59,708 nt of DNA from an uncultured Muribaculaceae bacterium (lineage in GTDB: Bacteria; Bacillota_I; Bacilli_A; RF39; UBA660): positions 1-59,708 of the forward strand of contig CAYRXC010000002.1 of NCBI GenBank assembly GCA_964428195.1, given 5' to 3'. The translations under genes and the position numbers were made by a program. Shown here piece by piece: positions 1 through 9,000 of the stretch (position 1 is its first letter; every line of letters starts with the position of its first letter). The notes below the pieces were generated by a model. The model had not been told where the DNA came from and ran no database searches. It saw only the letters and a list, made by a program, of their open reading frames with translations.

Positions 1-77
1 AGGAAAAATGTGGCGCATATATTGTGGGTGATAGTGCTGATGGTAAAGAGTATTTGACAAGAATAAAAATAAGATAA
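1..77 (+). CDS. 3' end of an unidentified CDS cut by the window edge (frame 3: ...CGAYIVGDSADGKEYLTRIKIR*)
   Basis: Frame 3 is open from the edge to TAA at 75-77 and has protein-like composition. Frame 1 is also open to TGA at 55-57, so the call is tentative. Too short to name. Confidence 0.25.
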   Translation, partial: EKCGAYIVGDSADGKEYLTRIKIR

Positions 78-116
78 TCTATCATATTTTTTGGAAATTA
101 ATTGATTAAAAAAATT

Positions 117-140
117 GACTCGAAAGAGTCTTTTATTATT
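117..140 (+). terminator. Weak rho-independent terminator candidate
   Basis: GACTC-GAAA-GAGTC hairpin (117-130) followed by TTTTATTATTT. Confidence 0.3.
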
Positions 141-167
141 TGTGTTTTAATACAACATAAATAATAA

Positions 168-195
168 TTGAAAATATATTATAGTGTGATAAAAT
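168..195 (+). promoter_or_regulatory. Sigma-A-type promoter candidate for the 215 gene
   Basis: TTGAAA (168-173), a 16-nt spacer, then the extended -10 TGaTAAAAT (187-195). Confidence 0.4.
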
Positions 196-214
196 CATTT
201 TAATTGGAGATAAT

Positions 215-1162
215 ATGAAAAAGAGACAAGAAGTATACGACTTGTATTGGTATTTTGCATATGAAAGGCAAAATATTTTTATTAAAAAGAAAAATGGATA
301 CGATAGCCCTTGGACTCAAGACCAAATACTTCAAACATATAAGTTTTGTAACAGTTACAGGGTTAATGATAGAATAAGCCAATATTTATTAAAAAACGTA
401 ATATATAATGGAAAAGATTATACTGATGAGGATGTTTTATTAAGAGTAATACTATTTAAAATATTTAACAAAGAATCAACTTGGGAATTGTTTATTAATA
501 AATTTAAAGATGTTACATATAATTCTTTTGATTTTGAAAAATATTCTAAAGTACTCGATGCTGAATTTAACAAAGGAACAATAATATATAATGATGCATA
601 TATTAGTTGTGCTAATAAAGCTTTTGGTTACAATAGGAAACATAAGAATCACTTAGCATTAATTAATAAAATATTTATAATTGATAGGGCTCATATGAAA
701 ATATTGAAATCTAAAACAATGAAAGAGGCTTTTGCAATATTAAAATCTTATCCATTGATTGGGAATTTTATGGCCTATCAACTTGTTACTGATATAAATT
801 ATAGTGACGTTGTTAACTGGAGAGAAGATGAATTTACAATTGCTGGCCCGGGTTCAATAAGGGGAATAGATAAGTGTTTTATTGATAAAGGAAACAATTC
901 ATATGAAGATATTATTCGTTATATGTACAATAATCAAGACAAAGAATTTAAAAGACTTAATTTAGAGTTTGAAAGGATAAATAGTAGGCCACTACAACTT
1001 ATTGATTGTCAAAATATTTTTTGTGAATTGGACAAATATTTAAGAGTTAAACTTCCTAATATAAAGTCAAATAGAACTAAAATCAAAAAAAAATATAGTG
1101 ATAAAAAAGAAAGAATTGAATATATATATCCTTGTAAATGGAATAACTATAGCAAAACATAG
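215..1162 (+). CDS. Putative DNA base hypermodification protein, alpha-glutamyl/putrescinyl thymine pyrophosphorylase (aGPT-Pplase)-like
   Basis: The N-terminal block is YWYFAYERQNIFIKKKNGYDSPWTQDQILQTYKFCNSYRVNDRISQY. It fits my recollection of the family signature (PWT.D.IL..Y+FcN.yR..Dr.t). A later block reads GNFMAYQLVTDINY...AGPGSIRGIDKCF. The RBS GGAG is 7 nt upstream of the ATG. The ORF is secure. The family assignment is from memory only. Confidence 0.45.
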   Translation: MKKRQEVYDLYWYFAYERQNIFIKKKNGYDSPWTQDQILQTYKFCNSYRVNDRISQYLLKNVIYNGKDYTDEDVLLRVILFKIFNKESTWELFINKFKDVTYNSFDFEKYSKVLDAEFNKGTIIYNDAYISCANKAFGYNRKHKNHLALINKIFIIDRAHMKILKSKTMKEAFAILKSYPLIGNFMAYQLVTDINYSDVVNWREDEFTIAGPGSIRGIDKCFIDKGNNSYEDIIRYMYNNQDKEFKRLNLEFERINSRPLQLIDCQNIFCELDKYLRVKLPNIKSNRTKIKKKYSDKKERIEYIYPCKWNNYSKT

Positions 1163-1250
1163 TATGTATGTATAATTAATATTTTTCTTTGTTGCATATT
1201 ATCTTAGTTTGGTATATAATTTATCTATATATAATATAGAGAGGTTGTTT

Positions 1251-1877
1251 ATGAAGTATAATAAAAAAATTATGTTGGCACTAGCGTTAGTTGTTGTAAT
1301 AGTAATGGTTGTTTTATTAATTGTTGCAAGAAATAAAGCGGATCAAAAAAGAGAAGAAGAATACGATGAATTAATAAGTAATTTGTGCAAAATAGGAGTA
1401 GATGTAGCAAAGAAAAATGAAAGTGTTGTTAAATTAGAAATGGTTCCTGAAGAGTATACATTTCTAAAATTAAAAGATCTTTCAACTTTGACAATAGGTA
1501 CCGAAGATAGAGTTCCTTTAAAATTGGAAAATCCAAAATTATCTACTGATTCAAAAAAAGTGTATTTTTCGGATACTATGGCTCTAAAGTTGGTTGTAGA
1601 TAACGATAAACAAATCTTATGTTCTGGAATAGTAGATCAAGGAGAAGCTCCTGTTATTACCTTGATAGGCGAAAAAGAAATTGTGCTTAGTCTTGGTCAA
1701 AAATATGAAGAACCAGGCTATACAGCAAAAGATAAAGAAGATGGAGATTTGACAAGTAGAGTATTAAAGAATGGTCTTCCTAATACGAACGAAAGAGGAG
1801 AATATAAAATAATCTATTTATTAGAAGATAGCATGAAAAATATAACTTCTGAAATACGAACAATTTCTGTTAAATAA
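1251..1877 (+). CDS. Type-II membrane-anchored surface protein with one Ig-like (DUF5011-type) domain; mini-paralogue of the 6035 gene
   Basis: I chose the ATG at 1251, preceded by the RBS AGAGAGG, over the track's upstream start. The N-terminal TM is IMLALALVVVIVMVVLLIV. The C-terminal block PVITLIGEKEIVLSLGQKYEEPGYTAKDKEDGDLTSRV...GEYKIIY matches the repeated Ig-like unit of the 6035 protein. Confidence 0.6.
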   Translation: MKYNKKIMLALALVVVIVMVVLLIVARNKADQKREEEYDELISNLCKIGVDVAKKNESVVKLEMVPEEYTFLKLKDLSTLTIGTEDRVPLKLENPKLSTDSKKVYFSDTMALKLVVDNDKQILCSGIVDQGEAPVITLIGEKEIVLSLGQKYEEPGYTAKDKEDGDLTSRVLKNGLPNTNERGEYKIIYLLEDSMKNITSEIRTISVK

Positions 1878-1910
1878 CTATAATAATTATTTATTATAGT
1901 TTTTTTTTTG
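1876..1910 (+). terminator. Rho-independent terminator
   Basis: AACTATAATAA / TTATTATAGTT stem followed by a run of 9 T. Confidence 0.6.
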
Positions 1911-1916
1911 TTAAAA

Positions 1917-1925
1917 TGTTATAAT
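1917..1925 (+). promoter_or_regulatory. Extended -10 promoter element (TGtTATAAT) upstream of prfB
   Basis: TGTTATAAT lies 18 nt upstream of the prfB ATG at 1943. Confidence 0.4.
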
Positions 1926-1942
1926 TTTTATGGTGATATTAT

Positions 1943-3056
1943 ATGGAAATAAAAGATTTGGAAAATACTTTCGAAATGTTGTATAAAGAATACTTGAAGA
2001 TTAAGGAGTTACTTTGACATAGATCATAAAAAAAATGAACTAATTGGTTATGAAGAGGAAATGACAAAAGAAGGATTTTGGAAAGATAATAAATCTTCAG
2101 AACTAGTTGTTAATAAAGTAAAAGAGCTCAATAAAGTAGTGTCTTTGATTGATAAGTTGGATATTGATTTAACTGAAAAGAAGAATTTTATTGAGATATT
2201 AAAAGATAATAAAGATGAAGAACTAATGATTGCATTTAATAGTGAACTTCAAGATTTAAAAAATGAAATAGATAATTTAAGATTGAATACTTTGCTTAAC
2301 GGTGAATATGATTCAAATAATTGTTTTTTAGAAGTACATAGCGGAGCAGGGGGAGTTGAGGCTTGCGATTGGGCAGGTATGATTCTTAGAATGTATATAA
2401 GATGGTGTGAGAAAAACAATTATAAGTACGAAGAAATCGATTTGCAAAAGGGTGAAGAAGCGGGAGTAAAAAGCGCAGCACTTTATATAAAAGGATTGAA
2501 CGTTTATGGCCTATTAAAAGGTGAAAATGGTGTACATAGATTGGTAAGATTATCTCCTTTTGATTCAAACAAAAGAAGACATACGTCTTTTGCATCGGTA
2601 GATATAATGCCAGAAATAAATAATGAAGTAAAGATCGACATTAAAGAAGAAGATTTAAAAATAGATGTCTATAGATCTGGAGGAGCCGGAGGGCAATCGG
2701 TAAATACTACGGATAGTGCCGTTAGAATAACTCATTTACCATCAAAAATTGTTGTAACTTGTCAAAATGAAAGAAGTCAAATTCAAAATAAAGAAAGAGC
2801 TATGCAAATACTTAAAAACAAATTGTATTTATTGGAAAAATCCAATGTTGATGATAAAATGAATATGATAAAAGGTAATAAAAATAAGATAGACTTTGGT
2901 TCTCAAATAAGGAGTTATGTTATCCATCCATACTCAATGGTTAAAGATCATAGAACTGATGAAGAAACAAGTGATTTTTATGGAGTTCTAGATGGTGACA
3001 TTGAACAATTTATCATTTCTTATTTAGAAGGAGAAAACAATGAAAAAGGTAATTAA
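1943..3056 (+). CDS. prfB: Peptide chain release factor 2, made by programmed +1 frameshift (frame 0 at 1943-2014, +1 frame at 2016-3056)
   Basis: Frame 0 reads MEIKDLENTFEMLYKEYLKIKELL and then hits TGA at 2015-2017. The +1 frame continues DIDHKKNELIGYEEEMTKEGFW into the track ORF. SPF and GGQ motifs are present (RLSPFDS; RSGGAGGQSVNTTDSAVRITHLP). Confidence 0.95.
2004..2018 (+). promoter_or_regulatory. RF2 autoregulatory +1 frameshift site
   Basis: An internal SD-like AGGAG (2004-2008) sits 3 nt upstream of the slippery CTT-TGA-C (2012-2018). Confidence 0.85.
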
Positions 3057-3888
3057 TATTCCTAATCCACTTTTTATTAGAAGATGGGCAACAATTGTTT
3101 TTGGATTATTTATTTATTCTGTGGGTTATAATCTGTTTTTGTTAAAAAACAATTTAGTAGCGGGGGATATTGAGGGTATAGCTACAATTTTTCAAAACTC
3201 TATAACGCCGGCATTATTAATATTGATATTAGCTATCTTATTACAAGTATCTGCTTTTATATTTCTTGATAAAGAGAAGGCTTATGGATCGTTGGTAGGA
3301 ACAATATTATTTCCACTTTTCGTATTTCTTACTTCAAATATATCAAACGTTATAATTATTGAAGGTAATGATTTAATGTTGGCAGCAATATTTGGAGGCC
3401 TTTTTTCTGGATTTGGCGCAGGCTTAGCATTTAAAATGAATGCAAATACAGGTGGAACAGATATTTTACAACAAATCATGTCGAAATATTTTAAAATATC
3501 TATTGGAAAAGCAAAAATTATTATTGATGGATTTATTGTACTTTGCGGTGGTTTTGTTTTTGGATGGCAAATGGTGCTATATTCTGTAGTTTGTATTGTA
3601 ATATTTGGAATAGTAACAGATAGAGTAATGCTTGGAATTTCTTCAACAAAAGCTTTGTACATTATTACTGATAAGCAAGAAGAGGTAAAAGAGTATTTAT
3701 TGCACAAAGCATCTCATGGGCTTACTATAATAAATGCTAAAGGTGGTTTTTCTAATAAGGAACAAAATATAATTATGTGCTTGATAAAAAATAAACAATA
3801 TTTTATAGTTAAAGAAGAACTCGAATTAATAGATAAAAATGCATTTTTAATTGTAACTAATGCATACCAGTCTTCGGGAGGAAAATAG
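3040..3888 (+). CDS. YitT-family membrane protein (with a DUF2179-type C-terminal domain)
   Basis: Multi-pass TM protein with GGTDILQQI and a soluble C-terminal GLTIINAKGGFSNKEQNIIMCLI...LIVTNAYQSSG. It overlaps the prfB stop by 17 nt. Confidence 0.7.
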   Translation: MKKVINIPNPLFIRRWATIVFGLFIYSVGYNLFLLKNNLVAGDIEGIATIFQNSITPALLILILAILLQVSAFIFLDKEKAYGSLVGTILFPLFVFLTSNISNVIIIEGNDLMLAAIFGGLFSGFGAGLAFKMNANTGGTDILQQIMSKYFKISIGKAKIIIDGFIVLCGGFVFGWQMVLYSVVCIVIFGIVTDRVMLGISSTKALYIITDKQEEVKEYLLHKASHGLTIINAKGGFSNKEQNIIMCLIKNKQYFIVKEELELIDKNAFLIVTNAYQSSGGK

Positions 3889-3898
3889 AGGAGGAATA

Positions 3899-4594
3899 AT
3901 GGATTTTATTGAAATAAAAAATGTTTTGAAACAGTACAAAAATGGAGTAACTGCAGTATATGATGTAAATCTAACAATTGACAAGGGAGAGTTTGTTTTT
4001 TTGATGGGTGCTTCGGGAAGTGGGAAATCGACATTGATTAAACTGCTTTACAGAGAGGAAAAACCAACAAAGGGTGAAATCACTCTTGCTGGAACTAATG
4101 TAGCAAAATTAAAAAATAGAAAAGTATATAAACTTAGAAGAAAGCTGGGAATAGTATTTCAAGATTTTAGATTGCTTCCAAAACAAACTATTTTTGAAAA
4201 TGTTGCTTTTGCAATAGAAATATTAGGATCAAAGAAAGAAGAAGTGAGAGAGAAGACCTTGAATGCTTTAGAATTGGTTGGATTGAAAAACAAAGCTAAA
4301 GATTATCCGGATCAATTATCTGGTGGAGAACAACAAAGGGTTGCAATTGCAAGAGCAATAGTAAATGAACCAAAATTATTGATTTGTGATGAACCAACAG
4401 GAAACCTAGATCCTAAAACAAGTATGGAAGTAATGAAAGTTATCGATGAGATTAATAAACTTGGAACTACAGTAATTATGGCTACTCATAATAATGATAT
4501 AGTTAAAAAGTTTAATAAAAGAGTAATTTATATGGAAAATGGAAAAATAAAAAAAGATTATAAGAAAGGAACTTTTAAGAATGAAGTGGATTAG
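3899..4594 (+). CDS. ftsE: Cell division ATP-binding protein FtsE
   Basis: Walker A GASGSGKST, signature LSGGEQQRVAIARA and Walker B LLICDEP. The ATG at 3899 is preceded by the RBS GAGGAGG. It is followed by ftsX. Confidence 0.9.
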   Translation: MDFIEIKNVLKQYKNGVTAVYDVNLTIDKGEFVFLMGASGSGKSTLIKLLYREEKPTKGEITLAGTNVAKLKNRKVYKLRRKLGIVFQDFRLLPKQTIFENVAFAIEILGSKKEEVREKTLNALELVGLKNKAKDYPDQLSGGEQQRVAIARAIVNEPKLLICDEPTGNLDPKTSMEVMKVIDEINKLGTTVIMATHNNDIVKKFNKRVIYMENGKIKKDYKKGTFKNEVD

Positions 4595-5489
4595 AATATT
4601 ACTGAGAAGCATAAAAGATGCGTCTAATAGCGTTTTTAGAAATATGAGTTTAAGTTTGGCTTCAATCTCATGTATTTCTATTACTTTGATAGTTGTGGCC
4701 ATATCCATGATTCTTTCATACAATGTTGATAACGCTACAAAAATGATAGAAAAAGATTTTACTATTGTTTGTTTTGTTGAGAGTTCTTTATCGCAAGAAA
4801 AAGTTAAAGTTATAGAAGATAAAATAAAAAATATCGATAATGTAGAATCTTATAAATATAAAAGTAAAGATGAAGTATTGGAAGAAGCAAAAGCTTCCGA
4901 TGATGTATTTAAAACAATTATTGATGGTTGGGAAGATGAAGAAAATCCTTTACAACCAGTGTTCGTAATAAAAGCAAAAGATATTACTATTTTAGAAGAA
5001 ACAAGTCAAGAAATAAAAAATATTGAAGGAGTTTCTTTAGTCAGATATGGAGAAAATATTGTTCAAAATATGATAAAAACTTTTGATACTGTTGAAACGG
5101 TGCTAATTGTAATAGTTGTTTCACTTGTAGTTGTGACGGCTTTTTTGATATCTAATACTATCAAATTAACTATTTTCTCAAGAAAAAAAGAAATAGAAAT
5201 TATGAGGGTTGTTGGAGCATCAAATATGAATATAAGAGTTCCGTTTGTTGTTGAAGGAATTATATTATCTATTTTAGGGTCTGTTTTACCTATTATTTTG
5301 ACGATATACGGCTATAACTATTTGTTTTCCAATACAAATGGTGCTGTTTTCTCTTCTTATTTGAAGTTCCTTAGGTTGGTTCCGCCTTTTCCTTTTGCAT
5401 ATATTGTATCGGTTTCTTTGTTTGCAATTGGAATAGTAGTAGGTACAATAGGAAGTTCAAGAGCGGTTAGAAAATATTTGAAAATATAG
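4581..5489 (+). CDS. ftsX: Cell division permease-like protein FtsX
   Basis: N-terminal TM, an extracellular domain, then three C-terminal TMs (FtsX fold) with MRVVGAS. It overlaps the ftsE stop. Confidence 0.85.
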   Translation: MKWIRILLRSIKDASNSVFRNMSLSLASISCISITLIVVAISMILSYNVDNATKMIEKDFTIVCFVESSLSQEKVKVIEDKIKNIDNVESYKYKSKDEVLEEAKASDDVFKTIIDGWEDEENPLQPVFVIKAKDITILEETSQEIKNIEGVSLVRYGENIVQNMIKTFDTVETVLIVIVVSLVVVTAFLISNTIKLTIFSRKKEIEIMRVVGASNMNIRVPFVVEGIILSILGSVLPIILTIYGYNYLFSNTNGAVFSSYLKFLRLVPPFPFAYIVSVSLFAIGIVVGTIGSSRAVRKYLKI

Positions 5490-5498
5490 TTTAAAGAA

Positions 5499-5507
5499 TG
5501 ATATAAT
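5499..5507 (+). promoter_or_regulatory. Extended -10 promoter element (TGaTATAAT)
   Basis: Lies between the ftsX stop and the 5526 ATG. Confidence 0.4.
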
Positions 5508-5525
5508 TATATTAAGGTGGTAATA

Positions 5526-5948
5526 ATGAAGAAAATAATAACGCTAACACTAACATTTTTATTTCTTTTTTCTAATATTAATGTTAATGCTTTAGAAAAT
5601 AGACCTATAAAAGAAAGCACGAATCAAATAGTAAGAGGTTCGATGTTGATGATGGATGAAGCAAGTTTAGATGGGACAATTGAAACAGGAATGACAAAAA
5701 TAATTAAAATAATTAGAACTTTTTATGATATTATTTTAGTTCTAGTTCCAATAGCACTTATAGTTTTGGGTACTCTTGATTTACTTAAGGCGGTTGGATC
5801 TCAAGATGAAAAAGCAATAAAAAGTGCACAGTCTAGTTTGGGCAGAAGACTGATATGGGCAGCGGTTGCATTGTCAAGCATGCTTATTTTTAGACTTGTT
5901 TTATCTTTTGTTGCCGGCGGAAGTGAATGGAGAACATACTGGAATTAA
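5526..5948 (+). CDS. Small secreted/membrane protein with signal peptide plus two TM helices (VirB2/TrbC-pilin-like topology)
   Basis: Signal-like MKKIITLTLTFLFLFSNINVNA. Two hydrophobic helices (IILVLVPIALIVLGTL and LIWAAVALSSMLIFRLVL) are separated by a charged loop. No family is recognised with certainty. Confidence 0.5.
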   Translation: MKKIITLTLTFLFLFSNINVNALENRPIKESTNQIVRGSMLMMDEASLDGTIETGMTKIIKIIRTFYDIILVLVPIALIVLGTLDLLKAVGSQDEKAIKSAQSSLGRRLIWAAVALSSMLIFRLVLSFVAGGSEWRTYWN

Positions 5949-6034
5949 TAAAACTCTATCAATAATAATAATTATTGATATTTTTATATCGGTATGTTAT
6001 ATTTATATATATAATTGTAAGAATAGGAGTTAAT

Positions 6035-9000
6035 ATGAGTGATAATAACGATAACAAGTATCAAGACCAATTTCAAGTTCCATCAGGAGTTAACATGAGT
6101 AATGGAGGATCTGAAGGTTATAATGACACCTATTACGATCAAAGTTATAAAGACAACAAATACAACGAGTATGAAGAACCAAAGAAGAGTTTTCCTTGGA
6201 AGTTGGTTATAATAATCGTTTTAGCGTTATTGTTTGTTTTTTTGTTTTGGTATTTTTTGTTTGGAAGAGGATCAACTGCTAACACAAATATTCAATACGA
6301 AAAATTATCGGATGAATTATGTGAAAAAGCAAAAGAATACGTAGGTAAAAAGGACGGGTATATTGATACTGCCACTCCTGGAGCAACAGCATATGTTAGT
6401 CTTCAAGATCTAGTTGATGATTATGCTATACCTAGTGAACCAATTAGAGATCCTAGATATAAAAAATCTTTGTTCAAAAAAACTGAAGGAAGCGAATATT
6501 TATCGTTTAATTCATATTTGAGACTTTTTGTTATGGCAAATGGTCAAGTATCTTGCGAAGGATTGGTTGATACTGGCGAAGATCATACAAAACCAATACT
6601 TACTTTAAAAGGTACTACACCTGTTAAAATTGCAAAAGGAACTAATTTTCAAGATCCTGGAGCAAAAGCTGTAGATGACGTTGATGGAGATATAAGTGAC
6701 AAAATAGCAAGAAGTGGAAATGTAGACACTTTGGTTGTGGGAGAATACAAAATCACTTATTCAGTATCTGATACTTCCGGAAATACAACAACTATCGAGA
6801 GATTAATAGTCGTAGAAGAATATGAAGAGATAGAAGTTACTCTTGGAAGCAATTTAGATTTAATTACTCCTCAAATAGAACTAAAAGGAACAAATCCATA
6901 TTGTGTTATTGTTGGTCAAAAATATAAAGAACCTGGTGCAATAGCAACAGACAATATAGACGGAAATATTACAAATAGAATAAAAGTAGATTCAAGTGCA
7001 GTAACTGGCGAAAGAACAGGAAACTTCAGAGTAACTTATGAAGTATCAGACACATATGGACATAAAGCTATAGCATATAGATCTGTTATGGTAAGAACAA
7101 CTTGTCCGGATTTAACTGCAGTAGAAACAACAGTTAATTCAAGACCACAAATTCAATTAATTGGTGGAACAGCAATTACAATAAATATTTATGAGGATTA
7201 TAAAGATAGAGGCGCAACTGCTTGGGATAAAGAAGATGGTTCTTTACCTGTAGTGTTGATTAGTAACACAGTAAATACAAGTAGAGCTGGAATTTACGAA
7301 GTAGTTTATAAAGCAACAGACAGTGGGGGATTATCAACAACAGCAAAGAGAATTGTAACTGTTAAAGATCCAAGCGCAATATCAAATACAGCTAGCTTTT
7401 CAGAAGTACCAGCACATATGAGAATTCCTTTAGGATCGGTTCAAACTATACCGGTTCCAACGGCCAAAGATTCATATGGAAATGCACTTCAAGTAACAGT
7501 AACTATCAAAGATTCATCAGAAGCTGTAGTTAGTGCAATTAATTTCTATAGAGTAGAAACATATAGAGTAGAATATTTTGCAAAACCTGCAAATGGAGTT
7601 GGTCAAACAGTACACAGAAATGTTACTATTTATGACGATGTTGCACCAACAATAACAATTGCAGACAAGGTATACATTCCTGTAAGAACAGCTAACTGTG
7701 ATTTAACTATTGTAGATTTGAAAGCTTCTGGAATGGTTGTATCAGATGCTCCAAATGAAGTAGCACCTAATGTTATATTAACTGGCGGAGAAAACAAGAT
7801 GTGTACACTTAATAGTACGGGAGCAGATATTGAAGTATATGCACAAGATGCTTCTGGAAATAAATCCCCAGTAAGAAAAATTAAATTATATGTACTAGAT
7901 AATCAAGGAGGACAAGATCCTACATCTGTTGAAATAGGAAATTGTGGAACAAATGGAGAATTAAGCATATTTATTGGAGATCAAGCAATATTGAATGCAC
8001 AAGTATATCCTACAAATGCAAACGACATGAGAGTAACTTGGGCATCAGCTTTACCACAATATGCAACAATCGATGAGAACGGAAAATTACTAGGAATTGC
8101 AAAAGGATCAACAAAAATAACTGTTACGACTGTTAAGGGTGGAAAGACAGATACTTGTAATATTGTCGTAAAAGAAAGACAAGAATATATACCTGTAACA
8201 GGTGTAGATATTGCGGGATGTGAGTCTGGCACAATGACTATGACTGTTGGAACAAGCAAGACATTATCAGCAGTAGTTAAACCAACTAATGCTACAAATA
8301 AAAGTGTAAGCTGGGATTTTGGAACATTTGAGCCCGCTGCAATATTAATTCCAAAGTGTACAAATAGTGTAAAAGAATTACGAACAGAAGATATTGTTTC
8401 AAACTGTTTAGCGAATTCAACACCAACAGGTGACTGGGTTTCAATGTGTGTTGAAATCACTCCTAAATGTATTGGAGGAAGTCCAGTAATAGCTGCAAAT
8501 AAAGTTGGACAACACACAATAAGTGTTACTACAGCAGACGGAAACAAAACTAAAAGTTGTGTAGTAAAAGTTGTAGAAAAAGGACAAGACACAACTGCTC
8601 CTTCAAAAGTAATTGTGAAATCAAATACAGCAAATGCTAATGATCCATATAACAAAAATGGTTCATGGTATGGTGGTACATTAGGAAGAACTATAACAAT
8701 TACAGTAGAATCAACTGATCCGGAATCAAAAATAGCTAGATTTGAAGCTGGATATCCAACGACTTTACGTGAATATAACTTGGATGGTCAAGTTATCGGG
8801 ACAATAAATAAGATATTTACAATTACACCAGAGGTTAGCCAACCGAATATTGGTAAACTTGTTATATCTGAAGATATGGCTAAAGAGATTTCATTTATTG
8901 CAATTAATGAATCTGGATTAGTAAGTGAGTTATCAGATCCTGTTATTGTTAAATTAGACAATAGCGGTCCAACAACTAACTTTACTGCATGGATAGAAGA

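Noticed and set aside
5975-6034. Upstream extensions proposed by the ORF track. Examples: 5975 for the adhesin, 55923 for the CYTH-like gene, 1209, 3860, 13516, 16092, 19720, 32330.
   Set aside because: In each case an internal ATG preceded by a good AGGAG-type RBS at 5-9 nt gives an N-terminus matching the family or a sensible signal/TM. The extensions are hydrophobic or basic junk and often overlap the upstream gene.
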